A stretch of 63,157 nt of DNA, filler included, from Octopus bimaculoides (GCF_001194135.2; 9 parts of 7 records of this genome joined end to end with filler, not necessarily neighbours in it), one strand, 5' to 3'; positions 39,607-51,917 are shown, counted from the first letter of the whole stretch. Numbers and translations: made by a program. Notes: generated from the letters alone by a model not told the origin.

Positions 39607-40212
39607 TTTGTCAATCAAAATAACCCATGGTATCAGAAGATCCAGAAGATCCAGACATTATTCGCATAGAACAGTGAGAGGGGAGTCTTAGTTTGATCTT
39701 TTGCAACCCTAAAGATTCCGCTGGCGCATTCACAGAAAACAAGGTACAGGGCCAGACTTTAGATCGTGTAGATGTATTTTTACCTACTCCGATGTTTACA
39801 CACGGCCGGGTATACGTCGCTATGAGTAGAGCAACGGACTCCAGTAATTTGAAATTTAGTGTCGATTAAACAGAAAATATTGTTTACAAAGACGTTTTGT
39901 AATCATATTGATATTATTGAAAGGAATATGATTTGTATTTTAAATAAGGAAATTTGTGAACTTTGAATGTATAAGAGTATAAATAAGCGTAAAATAGTGT
40001 AAACAACTAAAATAAAAGAATTTCTAAATAACATTTTTTTTCTTAATGCTTTTTATGTAGTGGTCGACGGAAGCTTTGGCTTTCGTTAGGAGTGGTCCAC
40101 ATAACTATTCATGATATAGAGGCTGGGAGCCTATTTCTTCAGTTTGGAAGTGAATCGTCATCACATGTCACTTAGTCGCAAACACGTCATATAGCAGCAA
40201 ATGGATGCTGTA
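39607..40212 (+). mobile_element. Helitron helicase C-terminal module, second copy
   Basis: AFTENKVQGQTLDRVDVFLPTPMFTHGRVYVAMSRA; colinear with 35074-35690. Confidence 0.8.
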
Positions 40213-40302
40213 TCTAAGAGGTGTTGACAGTCGGCAGTCAAGCGAAGAAAGGAAGAAAGATCATGGCTGGCCGGACACTGGTCACGTGGAAGGAGGAGAG
40301 AT

Positions 40303-40402
40303 NNNNNNNNNNNNNNNNNNNNNNNNNNNNNNNNNNNNNNNNNNNNTTAATTAATTAANNNNNNNNNNNNNNNNNNNNNNNNNNNNNNNNNNNNNNNNNN
40401 NN
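40303..40402. other. Artificial concatenation linker
   Basis: N44-TTAATTAATTAA-N44. Confidence 0.95.
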
Positions 40403-40462
40403 ATATACGTTTATATATTCAGTTTCCAAGATTCTTGATGTGAATTCGTGTGTCAAAACAGA

Positions 40463-41126
40463 TATTGTTGCATTTGGGGATGGTCATGTTGCCAGTTTAG
40501 CCAGTAAAAACACACGCACTATATATTTGGTGTTCACTTGCTTCAGCTTTATTTTATAGTAATCTGTGACCTCATCAGTGGTCCTTTGCTTTCTTTTTTC
40601 TTTTTTGTGTGTCTTTCCTTACTAATGAACAACCATTTTGTATCTCTATTGTATGTGTCTGTATTTGCACATGCATATACCCCTGTGTCTATGTTTAGTA
40701 TGAATATAATATAATGCAATGAATATAATATAATACACAGATAAATAAATGGAATTAAATACAAAAAAAGCAAGAATAAAGTAGATATAAACACATGAAC
40801 AAAATAAAAACAAATTAAACAAATGTGTAGAAACAGGGGATACTGATAATACAGACACATTCCCACACACACACAGGGGTATACGCATGCGCAAATAGAG
40901 ACACATACAATAGAGATACAAAATGGCTGAGCATTAGTAAGGAAAGACACACAAAAAAGAAAGAAGAAAGCAAAGGACCACTGATGAGGTCACAGAAGTG
41001 TGATGAAAGAACTCTGGCTGAAATACGATTAATATAAAATAAAGCTGATGCAAGTGAACACCAAATATATAGTGCGTGTGTTATTCGCTAAACTGAGAAA
41101 CATGAGCATCCCCAAATGCAACAGTA
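40463..41126. repeat. Imperfect long inverted repeat (arms 40463-40688 and 40871-41126, spacer about 180 bp)
   Basis: The arms align as reverse complements; the left arm lacks a 32-nt segment present in the right arm. Confidence 0.9.
40978..41017 (+). ncRNA. Candidate minimal type I hammerhead ribozyme
   Basis: CCA-CTGATGA-GG-TCACA-GAAG-TGTGA-T-GAAA-G-AA-C-T-C-TGG: 3-bp stem I, 5-bp stem II with G.U closure and one bulge, AG/CT stem III, CUC cleavage triplet. Confidence 0.55.
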
Positions 41127-41141
41127 TATATATATGTATAA

Positions 41142-42398
41142 ATAGGTTGTCAAGAAAGTTCTTGTGGTTTTTAACCTTTAAATTCAGATGCACGTATCTC
41201 GGCTCAAACAAAACTTTATTAATCAAAATAATCACCATCAGAATCAACACACTTTTGCCAACGTGAAGCAAGTTTATTTATGTCAGTAGCGTAAAAATGC
41301 TGTGTTCTGATGGTGATGAAGTTGTTGAAGGCATGTTTGGCATTGTCTTGGTTTTTGAAGCATTTCTCATGCAGGAAGTTGTCGAGATGCTTAAAAAAGT
41401 GGTAGTCGGTAAGCAAGAGGTCTGGTAAGTATGGTGAATGAGGCAGAGTTTCATAGCCCAATTCATTCAACTTCTGCGGGGTCAGTTGTGCGACATGTGG
41501 CTGAGCATTGTCGTAGAGAAGAATTGGTCCTTTTCTATTGACCAATGCTGGCTGCTGTTGTCGGAGTTTCTTATGCATTTCATCCATTTGCTGACAGTAC
41601 TCTGCCGTAATGGTTTCACCTGGATCTAAAAAGCTGCGATGGATGAGACCAGCTGCAGACCACCAAACATGACCTTCTCTTGATACAACTTTGGCTTCAG
41701 GAAGTGTCGTGGAGCTTCATCAGCATCCAACTACTGAGCTGAGCATCGCTGGTTGTCATAAAGAATCCATTTTTCATTGTAAATCACAATCTGGTTGAGA
41801 AACAAGTTGTTCTTGTTGATAAAAGAAAGGAAGATGACACTTCAAAACGACGTTTTTTTTTTGGTTGCCGTTCAATTCATATTTTTGTTTTTCCAATCTC
41901 TTTCAAGTGGTTGGAAATTGTCGTATATGTTACATCTAATTCAGAAGCAAGCTCTTGAAGAGTTGTGAGTGGATTGGCTTTAACTAAGGCTCTTAGCTGG
42001 TCGTTGTCAACATCCAATGGCCGACCACTACGCTTATCATCTTCAGGACTCTTGTCACCGTTATGAAATTTCTTGAACCACCATTGTGCTGTATGTTCAT
42101 TAGTGGTTCCTGGGCCAAATGCATCATTGATAAAGCGAGCTGTTTCAGCAGCTTTTCGGCCTAGCTTGAACTGGAATAAGAAAATTGTGCGAATTTGCTT
42201 TTTGTCCATGTTGTATTCAACGCTCCGGAAAAAATGGCAATATTATTTAAAAAGAAAAAGAGTAACACAATTAGAGAGAGCGAAAAACGGGCTTTAAAAT
42301 GATATATAAAGTCAAAGTAATTTAGCGAAAATTAATTTGAAAATACATAATTTAAAACCAAAATTAAAAATTCTGCAAGAACTTTCTTGACAACCTAA
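41142..42398 (-). mobile_element. Full-length defective mariner (Hsmar1/cecropia-like, DD34D)
   Basis: TIR TTAGGTTGTCAAGAAAGTTCTTG at both ends; TA at 42399-400. Transposase from ATG 42209 to stop 41219: MDKKQIRTIFLFQFKLGRKAAETAR..., IYNEKWILYDN (first catalytic D to N), YDNAQPH, SPYLPDLLLTDYHFF; frameshifts and stops. Confidence 0.93.
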
Positions 42399-42416
42399 TA
42401 TAAACAATTGCAGTGT

Positions 42417-42489
42417 AGGTGTTTATAAGCCATTTAAAAACACACAAAAACCGTTTTTTTGTGTGTTTTTAAATGGCTTATAAACACCT
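42417..42489. repeat. Perfect 34-bp-arm hairpin
   Basis: AGGTGTTTATAAGCCATTTAAAAACACACAAAAA / CCGTT loop / reverse complement. Confidence 0.95.
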
Positions 42490-42609
42490 TCCATGCTGCA
42501 ATTACTTTTGTTTCAGCACATGATCTCAGATCAGGTCACTTGCTATGCAAGTACATCTCCATAATATATATATATATATACATATACATAAATGTATGCA
42601 TGTGTATAC

Positions 42610-42890
42610 TATAGCCTCAGGCAGACCAAAGCTTTGTGAGTGCATTTCGTACATGGAAACTGAAAGAAGACTGTTGTATATATGTGTGTGTGTGTGTCTG
42701 TACCCCAACCATTGCTTGACAACTGATGTTGCTGTGTTTATGTACCTGTAACATAGCAGTTCGGAAAAGATATTGATAGAGTAAGTACTTGGCTTACAAA
42801 GAATAAATTTTGGGATCGACTTCTTCGACTAAAGGCTGTGCTCCAGCATGGCCGCAGTCACATGACTGAAACAAGTAAAAGAATAAAAAA
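42610..42890 (+). mobile_element. SINE family A, 5'-truncated
   Basis: Match to family A from ACTATAGCCTCAGG to the AGTAAAAGAATA tail. Confidence 0.8.
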
Positions 42891-43240
42891 GTATGCCATT
42901 TTAATCCTGCGCAACACTGGGTATCTCCGCTAGCATATCTATATATTTATACTTAAATATTTATCGTCTGAAAGCTTCACCTTTTTGTTTTCTCTCGTTT
43001 TGCATGTACACATACTTTGTATTTTATATCCAAATTATTATATTTAATATATCTAACCCATGGCAACATGGACAACAGACGTTAAATGATGATGATCTAA
43101 TTTGTTTATCTGCATAATTGCCTCTATATCCACTCAACTTGATCCTTCTTATAGACATTCTTTACCCTGTGAAATTGATCCCCTGTAAAGACATATGAGT
43201 GCTACTAAGTGTCTTCTATACTGAGAACCTCTGGATTTCT

Positions 43241-43307
<67 letters not shown>

Positions 43308-43439
43308 TTTGCTTAGGCATTGCAAGACTAATAATCCAATGTAGAACTCAATATATGTTTCAGAATGAAGTGTCAGCTGAGTATAGCATGGTAATAAGAG
43401 AGATGAAAGGAATAAATGATTATCTTCTGAATTTCATTG

Positions 43440-44050
43440 GTTTACAGCTGTTCTCTCTAGTCTATGCATGTCCTCTGCATTCAGAGCCCATGTCTCACTA
43501 CCTTGGAGTATAGTCGTTTGTACACAAGCATCATACAATCTACTGTTCATTCTGAGAGAGAGAGAGAGTCCTTTCATTGCCAACAAAGGTAGTCGCTCTC
43601 TGAACTTCCTCCATCCTATTCTTATTCTAAAAACAACATTTTCAGAGCATCCACGCCCATTGCTAATTTTGTCACCTTGGTAACAGAAACTATCTACTAC
43701 CTCAAGAGAGCCTCCTGGGCATTTGAGGGAGTCTAAGTCCCGTATGCTCTGGGTGCTTATCATTCCTGCACATCTGCCACACACGGAGGTAACCTTATCT
43801 GTTAATCTATCTGTGATTCCACTGCATCTGTGATTCCACTGCAATGATATATGTGTGACCATAGCTTACACTGGGTGCAACAAATGGAATTACTACCCGC
43901 TCCTTTCCTACATATTGAGCAGGGTCATTTTACCTGATGGAAAGAGAGTCTTATCTGTCTTCTTGCTAACAACAACTTTGGTCTTAACTTTAAGGCCCTT
44001 TGATTCAAGGTTTCCATACATGAAATTTCTCTTCCAATTTAGAGAAGAAA
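43440..44050 (-). mobile_element. RTE-clade LINE ORF2 fragment with an embedded PHD-like finger
   Basis: LEEKFHVWK..LESKGL, then CSIC..CTQC..H...C..CGRC, then LEVVDSFCY.GD..RIRIGWRKFRE..LYDACVQTTILQGSETW. Confidence 0.85.
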
Positions 44051-45770
44051 CAGTGATGCAGTCAACATAATACGAAATACTTTGATGACATTATTACTGC
44101 AAAACAGCTCCAACAATTAAAGTAATTGCAGTAGTGACTGCAAAAACAGTAGCACCAGCTCCATCTTTTAGCTCCTTGTTGTTTACTATCTAAAGCCATG
44201 AATACTCATTACTATACTATACATTAATGTAATTTTAGATACACTATGTATGAATAAAAGATGAGATGGTCATAGTGGAAACATCTTTAAACAAAGACCA
44301 TTGACAAAATTGCATTAGGTACTGTAGTCCTAGTTGTACTAAATGAAAGTTGGGTTAGTCACAGAACATATTTGATCACAGGTTAGGGTTAAACAGATCA
44401 GGCATTAAACAAGAATAACTACAATTTATTAGGTAGTGTAGTCCTAGATGCCCTATGCATGAATAAAAGACAGAATGATCAGGGTTGGAACATCCTCAGT
44501 ACACTATGTCTCTATAAAACAAGATGAAGATCACAGATATAGTCACAGACTTGTTAAAAATTCACAAAAATAATTAACAAAAACAAATTTAGCATAATTA
44601 TTTTAATTTTACTAGATTAATCAACAAAACTTGTTAACCAAACAGTTTATTTCAATAAATGTTTGAGATAAAATTAATTAATTAAGGAGTAGTCATCTCT
44701 CATGGTTTGTGTTCCAAACTGTTTGCAAATCATTAATTATATCAGTAATTCCTTTTAATTGTTTCATGCTGTTTTCATAAAAATTTATGTCTGCATTGAC
44801 CAACCTAAAACAGATGAGAAATATAGAATTAATGTTAAACACAGTAGAGCAATCATGTTCATCATGTTTTATTGCTGTGTGGTTAAGAATTTACTTCCTA
44901 AGCAAATGGTTTTGAGTTCAGTCCCATTGCATGACATCTCAATCAAGTGTCACCTAATTTAGTCCTGGGTTAACCACAGCTTTGTGAGTGGATCTTTGTG
45001 TAGTGTATGTGTATGATTGACTTGAAATCATGTGATAGTTGTAAATTAGTGCTACTATCATACAAGTATTTTTTTGTTTCCAATCTTTCATGATGTTCAA
45101 CAATTAAGGAAAAATAGGTAAAGATTGGTGACAAGTAAGGCATCTGATCATAAAACATATGCTTCAGTGACTGCTATCTGACTCATGTAAACATGGAAAA
45201 ATGGACATAAAATAATGATGATGATATGTATGTACATACATGCTACTGATAACAAGAGGTTATTTGAGGAAACATTATTTGAATGTGAATATTAGTTTCA
45301 GCTTGAAGGAGTATTTAAAACAAATTGCATCTCTTGGATCAAATTCATTTTAAAATCTAAAAAATTGCATCTCTTGGATCAAATTTATTTTAAAACCTAA
45401 AAAAATTAATTTTATTAAATAGAGGGAAGAAGTATTTTGTGGGCATATTATGCTGCATTGAAATCATTCAAATGCTTATGTTTAGAGTATTTGTTATCAT
45501 GTGTGGTGATGATGTCTAAATGTATTGACATCAAGTGGTAGAGAAATACCTCAAAATCAGAGGTATGTTAAAATATTGAAGTGTAAACTTATGTGTATAG
45601 GGCAGGTATGAGGTGCCAGTTTTGTGTACAAATGGAGGACTGACCTGGAGAATAGTAGTTTCCAATTTGATAAGATGAACTTGAATCTAGTGAAAATTTC
45701 AGTTGGACTTGTCACCAAAGACCACACTGCTGCAGCTCAAACATGTGGATTTATGCTGCAGATTCATTGA

Positions 45771-46101
45771 CCCTTTCGTTACTAACCCGGCCGTAGCCGG
45801 CCGAAAAATTTTTTGGTTCATAAGACTAACCCGGCTGTAGCCGGCCAAGCGTACCCGTTGTTATTTAAATGTATATTTGAACCCAAATCTCGTTAGTACA
45901 TTCGTTAAAACACCTGATTTCACTTTGCAAACAGTTGAGTTATTGTCTCCCACATTGTTTGGCGTGATATTTGAACTCAGTGAATTTTGGAAGATTTTTT
46001 TCCATATTTTTTGCAGCGTTAATTTTTTTCAACTTTGAAGATGGAGAGGAGTTTCATGCTATCAAGCAGTGATTCCGAATTTGAAGGTTTTTCAACAGAA
46101 G
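45771..46101 (+). mobile_element. piggyBac-like element left end, cut by the linker
   Basis: TTGA|CCCTTTCGTTAC terminus; two ACTAACCCGGC.GTAGCCGGCC subterminal repeats; ORF start at 46041, MERSFMLSSSDSEFEGFSTE. Confidence 0.55.
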
Positions 46102-46201
46102 NNNNNNNNNNNNNNNNNNNNNNNNNNNNNNNNNNNNNNNNNNNNTTAATTAATTAANNNNNNNNNNNNNNNNNNNNNNNNNNNNNNNNNNNNNNNNNNN
46201 N
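46102..46201. other. Artificial concatenation linker
   Basis: N44-TTAATTAATTAA-N44. Confidence 0.95.
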
Positions 46202-46302
46202 CTTTTTGTTATATTTAAAATTAATTGAAAGAAACACAGAGCATCTCAACAGAAATATGGTGACAAAAGGGTTAAAATATGTAATAGAGAAACAATTCTT
46301 AA

Positions 46303-46521
46303 CCCTTTTGATACCAACCCAGCTGAAACTGCTTCTGGCTCTGTAACACAAATGTCTTGTTTTCAAAAATTCTGAATTAAAATCTTCCATCAAACCTTAG
46401 TCACAATTTATGTTCCTAACACTAGCTTAATGATAAAATTATTTTACTAAGTTCTTTGTTATATTTAAAATTAATTGAAAGAAAAACAGAGCATCTCAAC
46501 AGAAATATGGTGACAAAAGGG
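46303..46521. mobile_element. piggyBac-type MITE
   Basis: TTAA|CCCTTTTG...CAAAAGGG|TTAA; partial copy at 46202-46271. Confidence 0.85.
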
Positions 46522-46699
46522 TTAAGTATCTTGATTTCTCGTGGATGGTTAAGAAACTCACCTTGCAGCCAGATTGTTCCAAGTTTATTACCAATGTGCC
46601 ATTCCTTGGCTAGTGTTTTCTGCTATGGTCTCAGGTTTACCAGCACTTTGAGAGTAGAATTTGGTAGATGGGAAAATGTACTGTAGCCCATTTTATACA

Positions 46700-47210
46700 T
46701 CTGTGTGTATGTGTATGTATACATGTATGTATGTGTGTTTGCATGTGTATATGCATATGCATGTATATGGGTGTGTGCCTGTATGTATGCATGTATGTGT
46801 ATGCATGTATGTATGTGTGTATGTGTGTGTGTGTGTGTTCGTGTATGGAGGCATATGTATGCATGTATGTGCATGCATGTATGTGTGTGGGGGCATATGC
46901 ATGCATATATGTGTGCATGCATGTATGCATATACGTGTGTATGTGTGCATGTGTATGCATGTTTGTGTACCCCTATATATGTGCGTGTGCAAATATATGT
47001 GTGTGTGTGTGTGTGTGTGTACACATATGTATACATGTATGTATGTGTGTGTGTGCGGGGGGCATATGCATGCACATGTGTACATCCATGTGTGCATATA
47101 CGTGTGTATGTGTGCATGTGTATGCATGTTTGTGTACACATATATGAATATGTGTGTGTGCATATATATATGTGTGTGTGTGTGGATGTATGTGTGTATA
47201 TGTATTTGTG
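46700..47210. repeat. Cryptic (TG)/(TATG)/(TGCA) tract
   Basis: Low-complexity sequence with internal near-duplications. Confidence 0.9.
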
Positions 47211-47975
47211 TATCCTTGTCTTGACATCATGTAATGATTGTAAACGAGCATCACTGTCATGGAAGCAGTGTTGTTTGTTTCCAGTCTTCTGTTAAAGACA
47301 TGTCTAGCTATGGGAAAATATATTACATTACTTGGAAACAAGTTAGATTTTGTGACAGACAAAGCATCCAGCAATGGAAAAAACCAGCCTCAACAAGTTT
47401 CACCTGACCCATGCAAGCAAGAAAGAGTGGATGTTAAATGATGAATAAAATGAACGAATGGAATGAAATGACTTATCTATTAGAATACCTATAAAAGGAG
47501 CAACCCAGCCATATTATAATTTTAAACTGAGTTGGAGAAAAATAATACCATTTTATCCAACAATAAACTCAGTTTTATACCAAGAAAACTGCAGTGATGA
47601 ATGAGAAAGACTAGTAACGCTACGTTACATCTCCGTCGTCTCTATAGTCTGAAGTATTCCATAAATCTAGTTATTTAACACTCTAACATTATAAAACTAT
47701 AAAGCCAGATATATGTTGTAATAAAGATGTGTTAACAAATAACATAAAACCCGTTTATTTGTTTGAAGTAATAGTAACCCACATCACTTCAGTAGATGTT
47801 AAGTCTTAGTCATTTCACTATTCAAAGACAGAACTAAATGATTCCTTTATATAAATGGAAACAAAATACTATTGACCATAAAGATTTAGCCTACTTCAGC
47901 TTTGATAACTAGCAAACCAGTAAAATATAGTGACTGCAACTATAATACACAACGACAATAAAAAAACCATATATG

Positions 47976-48011
<36 letters not shown>

Positions 48012-48036
48012 GCATACATATGCATGTATATATATA

Positions 48037-48331
48037 TCATCATCATCATCATCATCGTTTAACGTTCGCTTTCCATGCTAGCATGGGTTGGACGATTTGA
48101 TTGAGGACTGGTGAAACTGGATGGCAACACCAGGCTCCAATCTAATTTGGCAGAGTTTCTACAGCTGGATGCCCTTCCTAACGCCAACCACTCAGAGAGT
48201 GTAGTGGGTGCTTTTATGTGTCACCCGCACGAAAACGGCCACGCTCGAAATGGTGTCTTTTATGTGCCACCCGCACAAGAGCCAGTCCAGGGGTACTGGC
48301 AACGATCTTGCTCAAAAACCCTACAAAGGCC
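48037..48331 (-). mobile_element. RTE-tailed SINE (family D) with (GAT)n tail
   Basis: (CAT)n-CGTTTAACG..CCATGCTAGCATGGGTTGGACG..GATGCCCTTCCTAACGCCAACC; related copies at 49466 and 50190. Confidence 0.75.
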
Positions 48332-49465
48332 NNNNNNNNNNNNNNNNNNNNNNNNNNNNNNNNNNNNNNNNNNNNNNNNNNNNNNNNNNNNNNNNNNNNN
48401 NNNNNNNNNNNNNNNNNNNNNNNNNNNNNNNNNNNNNNNNNNNNNNNNNNNNATATGTTGTAATAAAGATGTGTTAACAAATAACATAAAACCCGTTTAT
48501 TTGTTTGAAGTAATAGTAACCCACATCACTTCAGTAGATGTTAAGTCTTAGTCATTTCACTATTCAAAGACAGAACTAAATGATTCCTTTATATAAATGG
48601 AAACAAAATACTATTGACCATAAAGATTTAGCCTACTTCAGCTTTGATAACTAGCAAACCAGTAAAATATAGTGACTGCAACTATAATACACAACGACAA
48701 TAAAAAAACCATATATGTATGTATTTGTGTGTCTGTGTTTGTCCCCACACCATCGCTTGGCAACCAATGTTGGTGTGTTTACATCCCTATAATTTAGCGG
48801 TTGACAAAAGAGACCAATACAATAAGTACTAGGCTTGCAAAGAATAAGTCCTGGGGTTTGATCTGTCCGACTAAAGGTGGTGCTCCAGCATGGCCACAAT
48901 CAAATGACTGAAATAAGTAAAAAAATAAAAGAATAAAAGAATACACACACACGCACACATAAATGTATGTATGTATATATGATGAAAGAATATTGATTTC
49001 AAATTTTAGCCCAAGGGGGAAGAGGTAAGTTGATTACATTGACCCCAGTGCATAACTGGTACTCATTTTATCAACCCCAAAATGATTAAATGCAAAGCTC
49101 ACTTCAATGGAACCACATAAATAACAATGATGTGGATGTTGGTACCACATGAAAAGCACTGGTAATAGTGCTGTGTAAAAAGCACCCAGTATACCCTGGA
49201 AAGTGGTTGGCATTAGGAAGGGCCTCCAAACCAAAACAGAAACCAAACCAAAACAGACTGTGGTACCTGCTGCGGCTGCTGGCCTAGCTAGTTCCTGTCA
49301 AGCCATCCGACACGTGCTCTCACGGGAAAGAGACATTAAATGTAGTTGGTGGTCATGAGGATGATGGTGGTGGGGGGTATTATTGGTGGTGGTGGTGTTA
49401 TTGGTGGTGGTGATGATGATGATAATGATGTGGAGGAGGAGGAGGGGGAGAAGGTATGGCTGTGT

Positions 49466-49935
49466 GGAGATTTGACTGGGGACTGGAGAACCAGATGGCT
49501 GCACCAGGCTCCAATCTGATCTGGCAGAGTTTCTACAGTTGGATGCCCTTCCTAACGCCAACCACTCCGAGAGTGTAGTGGGTGCTTTTTACGTGCCACC
49601 GGCACGNNNNNNNNNNATCTGGCAGAGTTTCTACAGTTGGATGCCCTTCCTAACGCCAACCACTCCGAGAGTGTAGTGGGTGCTTTTTACGTGCCACCGG
49701 CACGAGGGCCAGTCAGGCGGTACTGGCAACGGCCATGCTCAAATGGTGTTTTATATGTGCCACCTGCACAGGAATCAGTCCAATGTTTTGTTCACATGCC
49801 ACTGGCACAAGTGCCAGTAAGGCAAAGCTGGAAACGATCGCACCCAAATGGTGCTTTTTACATGCCACCGGCACAGGAGCGAGACCACTGCTCTGGCAGT
49901 GATCCCGCTCAGATGGTGCTGTTAGCGTTCCACTG
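49466..49935 (-). mobile_element. SINE family D with internal tandem units; includes an overlap artefact across a 10-N gap
   Basis: About 49519-49606 is repeated at about 49617-49704. Confidence 0.7.
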
Positions 49936-50096
49936 GCATGGGTGCCAGTCATCAAATTTGATAACATATTATGGTTGCCTAACAAGATACCCAGTGCCTA
50001 CAAGTCATTAAAATAACTTTGTGTTATTATGAAGTTGATGCTTGCAACACAAATTAATATGAAATTTTGATTGAAGACTTACTTAGACTACATTAA

Positions 50097-50595
50097 CCCT
50101 TTTGTTACCATATTTTTTAGGAGGCTTTAGGAGGTTAGTGCTTGAGAAGACTCACCAAACCAAGTGAAATCATAGTCATTGCTATTATCAGTGTCATGCA
50201 ACTGGCACCCATGCTGGGTGCATGTAAAAAAATCACCCATTACATTCTTGGGAGTAGTTGGCATTAGGAAGGGCATCCAGCCATAGAAACCATGCCAAAT
50301 CAGATTGGAACTTGGTGTAGCTCCCCGGCTTAGTATCTCCAGTCAAACGACCCAACCCATACCAGCATGGAATATGGGTGTTAAATGATGATGATAATTT
50401 CTGTTGAAATACTTCCGACTTTGTTTCAATCAATTTTGAAGTTATTAATAAAATAGTTTTGTTGTTATTAATCTGGTGTTTAGAAGATAAAGTCATTTTG
50501 ATTGGAGATTTTAATTCAAAGCAGGAAGCTTGTATCATATAACCAGGGGTGATCTCAGGTGGAGACCACCCCTGGCTCTGGTTCTATCAAAAGGG
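50097..50595. mobile_element. piggyBac-type MITE interrupted by a family D SINE (about 50190-50395)
   Basis: TTAA|CCCTTTTGTTAC...CAAAAGGG|TTGA. Confidence 0.65.
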
Positions 50596-51530
50596 TTGAG
50601 CCTTATGTCCAGTCAACCTCCATAAAATATTCTAATACCTTTGTCTCCTACTTATCCAACCAATTCTTTGTTAATAGAATACAGAATAATAATCTGCGGC
50701 ATCTATTTTTAGTTGAGATTCTCTGCAAGAAATCATTCTCATAACAACAATATTTTTGTATTTTGTTGTCGCACTAAATAACTCAATTGTTATTGCAAGA
50801 ATAAAACCATGAAAGCACCAAGTTATTTCTCTCTTTTACAAATACACTTTGACATGCTTATGAAATAAATTATATATTTTTATCAGCCATCAATAACATA
50901 CTGCTCGTTAGTTTTCCACATTTCTATTGTCAGTTGTCATTAATTTAATGAACTATGTTTACTTTCCAAAAATTATAATTTCTTCTCAAAGAATGTAAAA
51001 GCATTGGAAAGACCTTGATTGATCTTTCAGTGTCTGGTTAACCTTTATTTATGTCATTTCCTTTCAATTTACTTCTATTGCAGTTAAATCTATAGTGTTG
51101 ATACTCAATTTCTTAAACTTATGTTTGCTTTTTTGTATGCATAATACATATGTACGTACATACCTACATGAAATCATAAAATCAGGAGGTATGAGAAGTG
51201 AATACAAATTTATTATTTCCATATGATTTCCATATGATTACAACTGTTTCATAATTTCCTCCATGTAGCAATATTAATTTCAATATTCCAAATTATAAAC
51301 ATACGTTTTATGTCAGTATGCTTATTTAGCATTAGGTAATACAATTGTATATTCACACTGAGATGTGTAATAGAGAAAATTAACGCATCAGATCAGATTA
51401 TATGTCATATGCCACAACATCATGAATACATTCAGGATTCAACTCCAGAGTATTGCTCTCTGTTGCTCTCTTTCTTCATTCTTTTCAGGCTCATCTCTTA
51501 TCGTTTGTGCTCTGTCTATGGTACTATCCT

Positions 51531-51917
51531 GTGGAGGCGCAATGGCCCAGTGGTTAGGGCAGTGGACTCTCGGTCATAGGATCACGGTTTTGATTCCCAG
51601 ACCGGGTTGTGTGAGTGTTTATTGAGCGAAAACACCTAAAGCTCCACGAGGCTCTGGCAGGGGATGGTGGCGAACCCTGCTGTACTCTTTCACCACAACT
51701 TTCTCTCACTCTTACTTCCTGTTTCTGTTGTGCCTGTAATTCAAAGGGCCAGCCTTGTCACATTGTGTCACGCTGAATATCCCCGAGAACTACGTTAAGG
51801 GTACACGTGTCTGTGGAATGCTCAGCAACTTGCACGTTAATTTCACGAGCAGGCTGTTCCATTGATTGGATCAACTGGAACCCTCAACGTCGTAAGCGAC
51901 GGAGTGCCAACAGCAAC
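51531..51917 (+). mobile_element. Full-length SINE family C with a 13-bp TSD
   Basis: tRNA-like head GTGGAGGCGCAATGGCCCAGTGGTTAGGG; (CAA)-type tail; TSD ATGGTACTATCCT at 51518-30 and 51918-30. Confidence 0.9.

Noticed and set aside
45318-45410. About 42-bp tandem duplication (also short duplications at 52288 and 53305)
   Set aside because: Two-unit local slippage; not CRISPR-like and no spacers.
47575-47650. Minus-strand AG/GT-bounded stretch (DYRDDGDVT*)
   Set aside because: Stops in all three frames and no homology.
51531-51605. tRNA-like cloverleaf heads (also 33690-33759 and 57610-57684)
   Set aside because: They continue into a multi-copy SINE body with a TSD, so they are SINE heads rather than tRNA genes.
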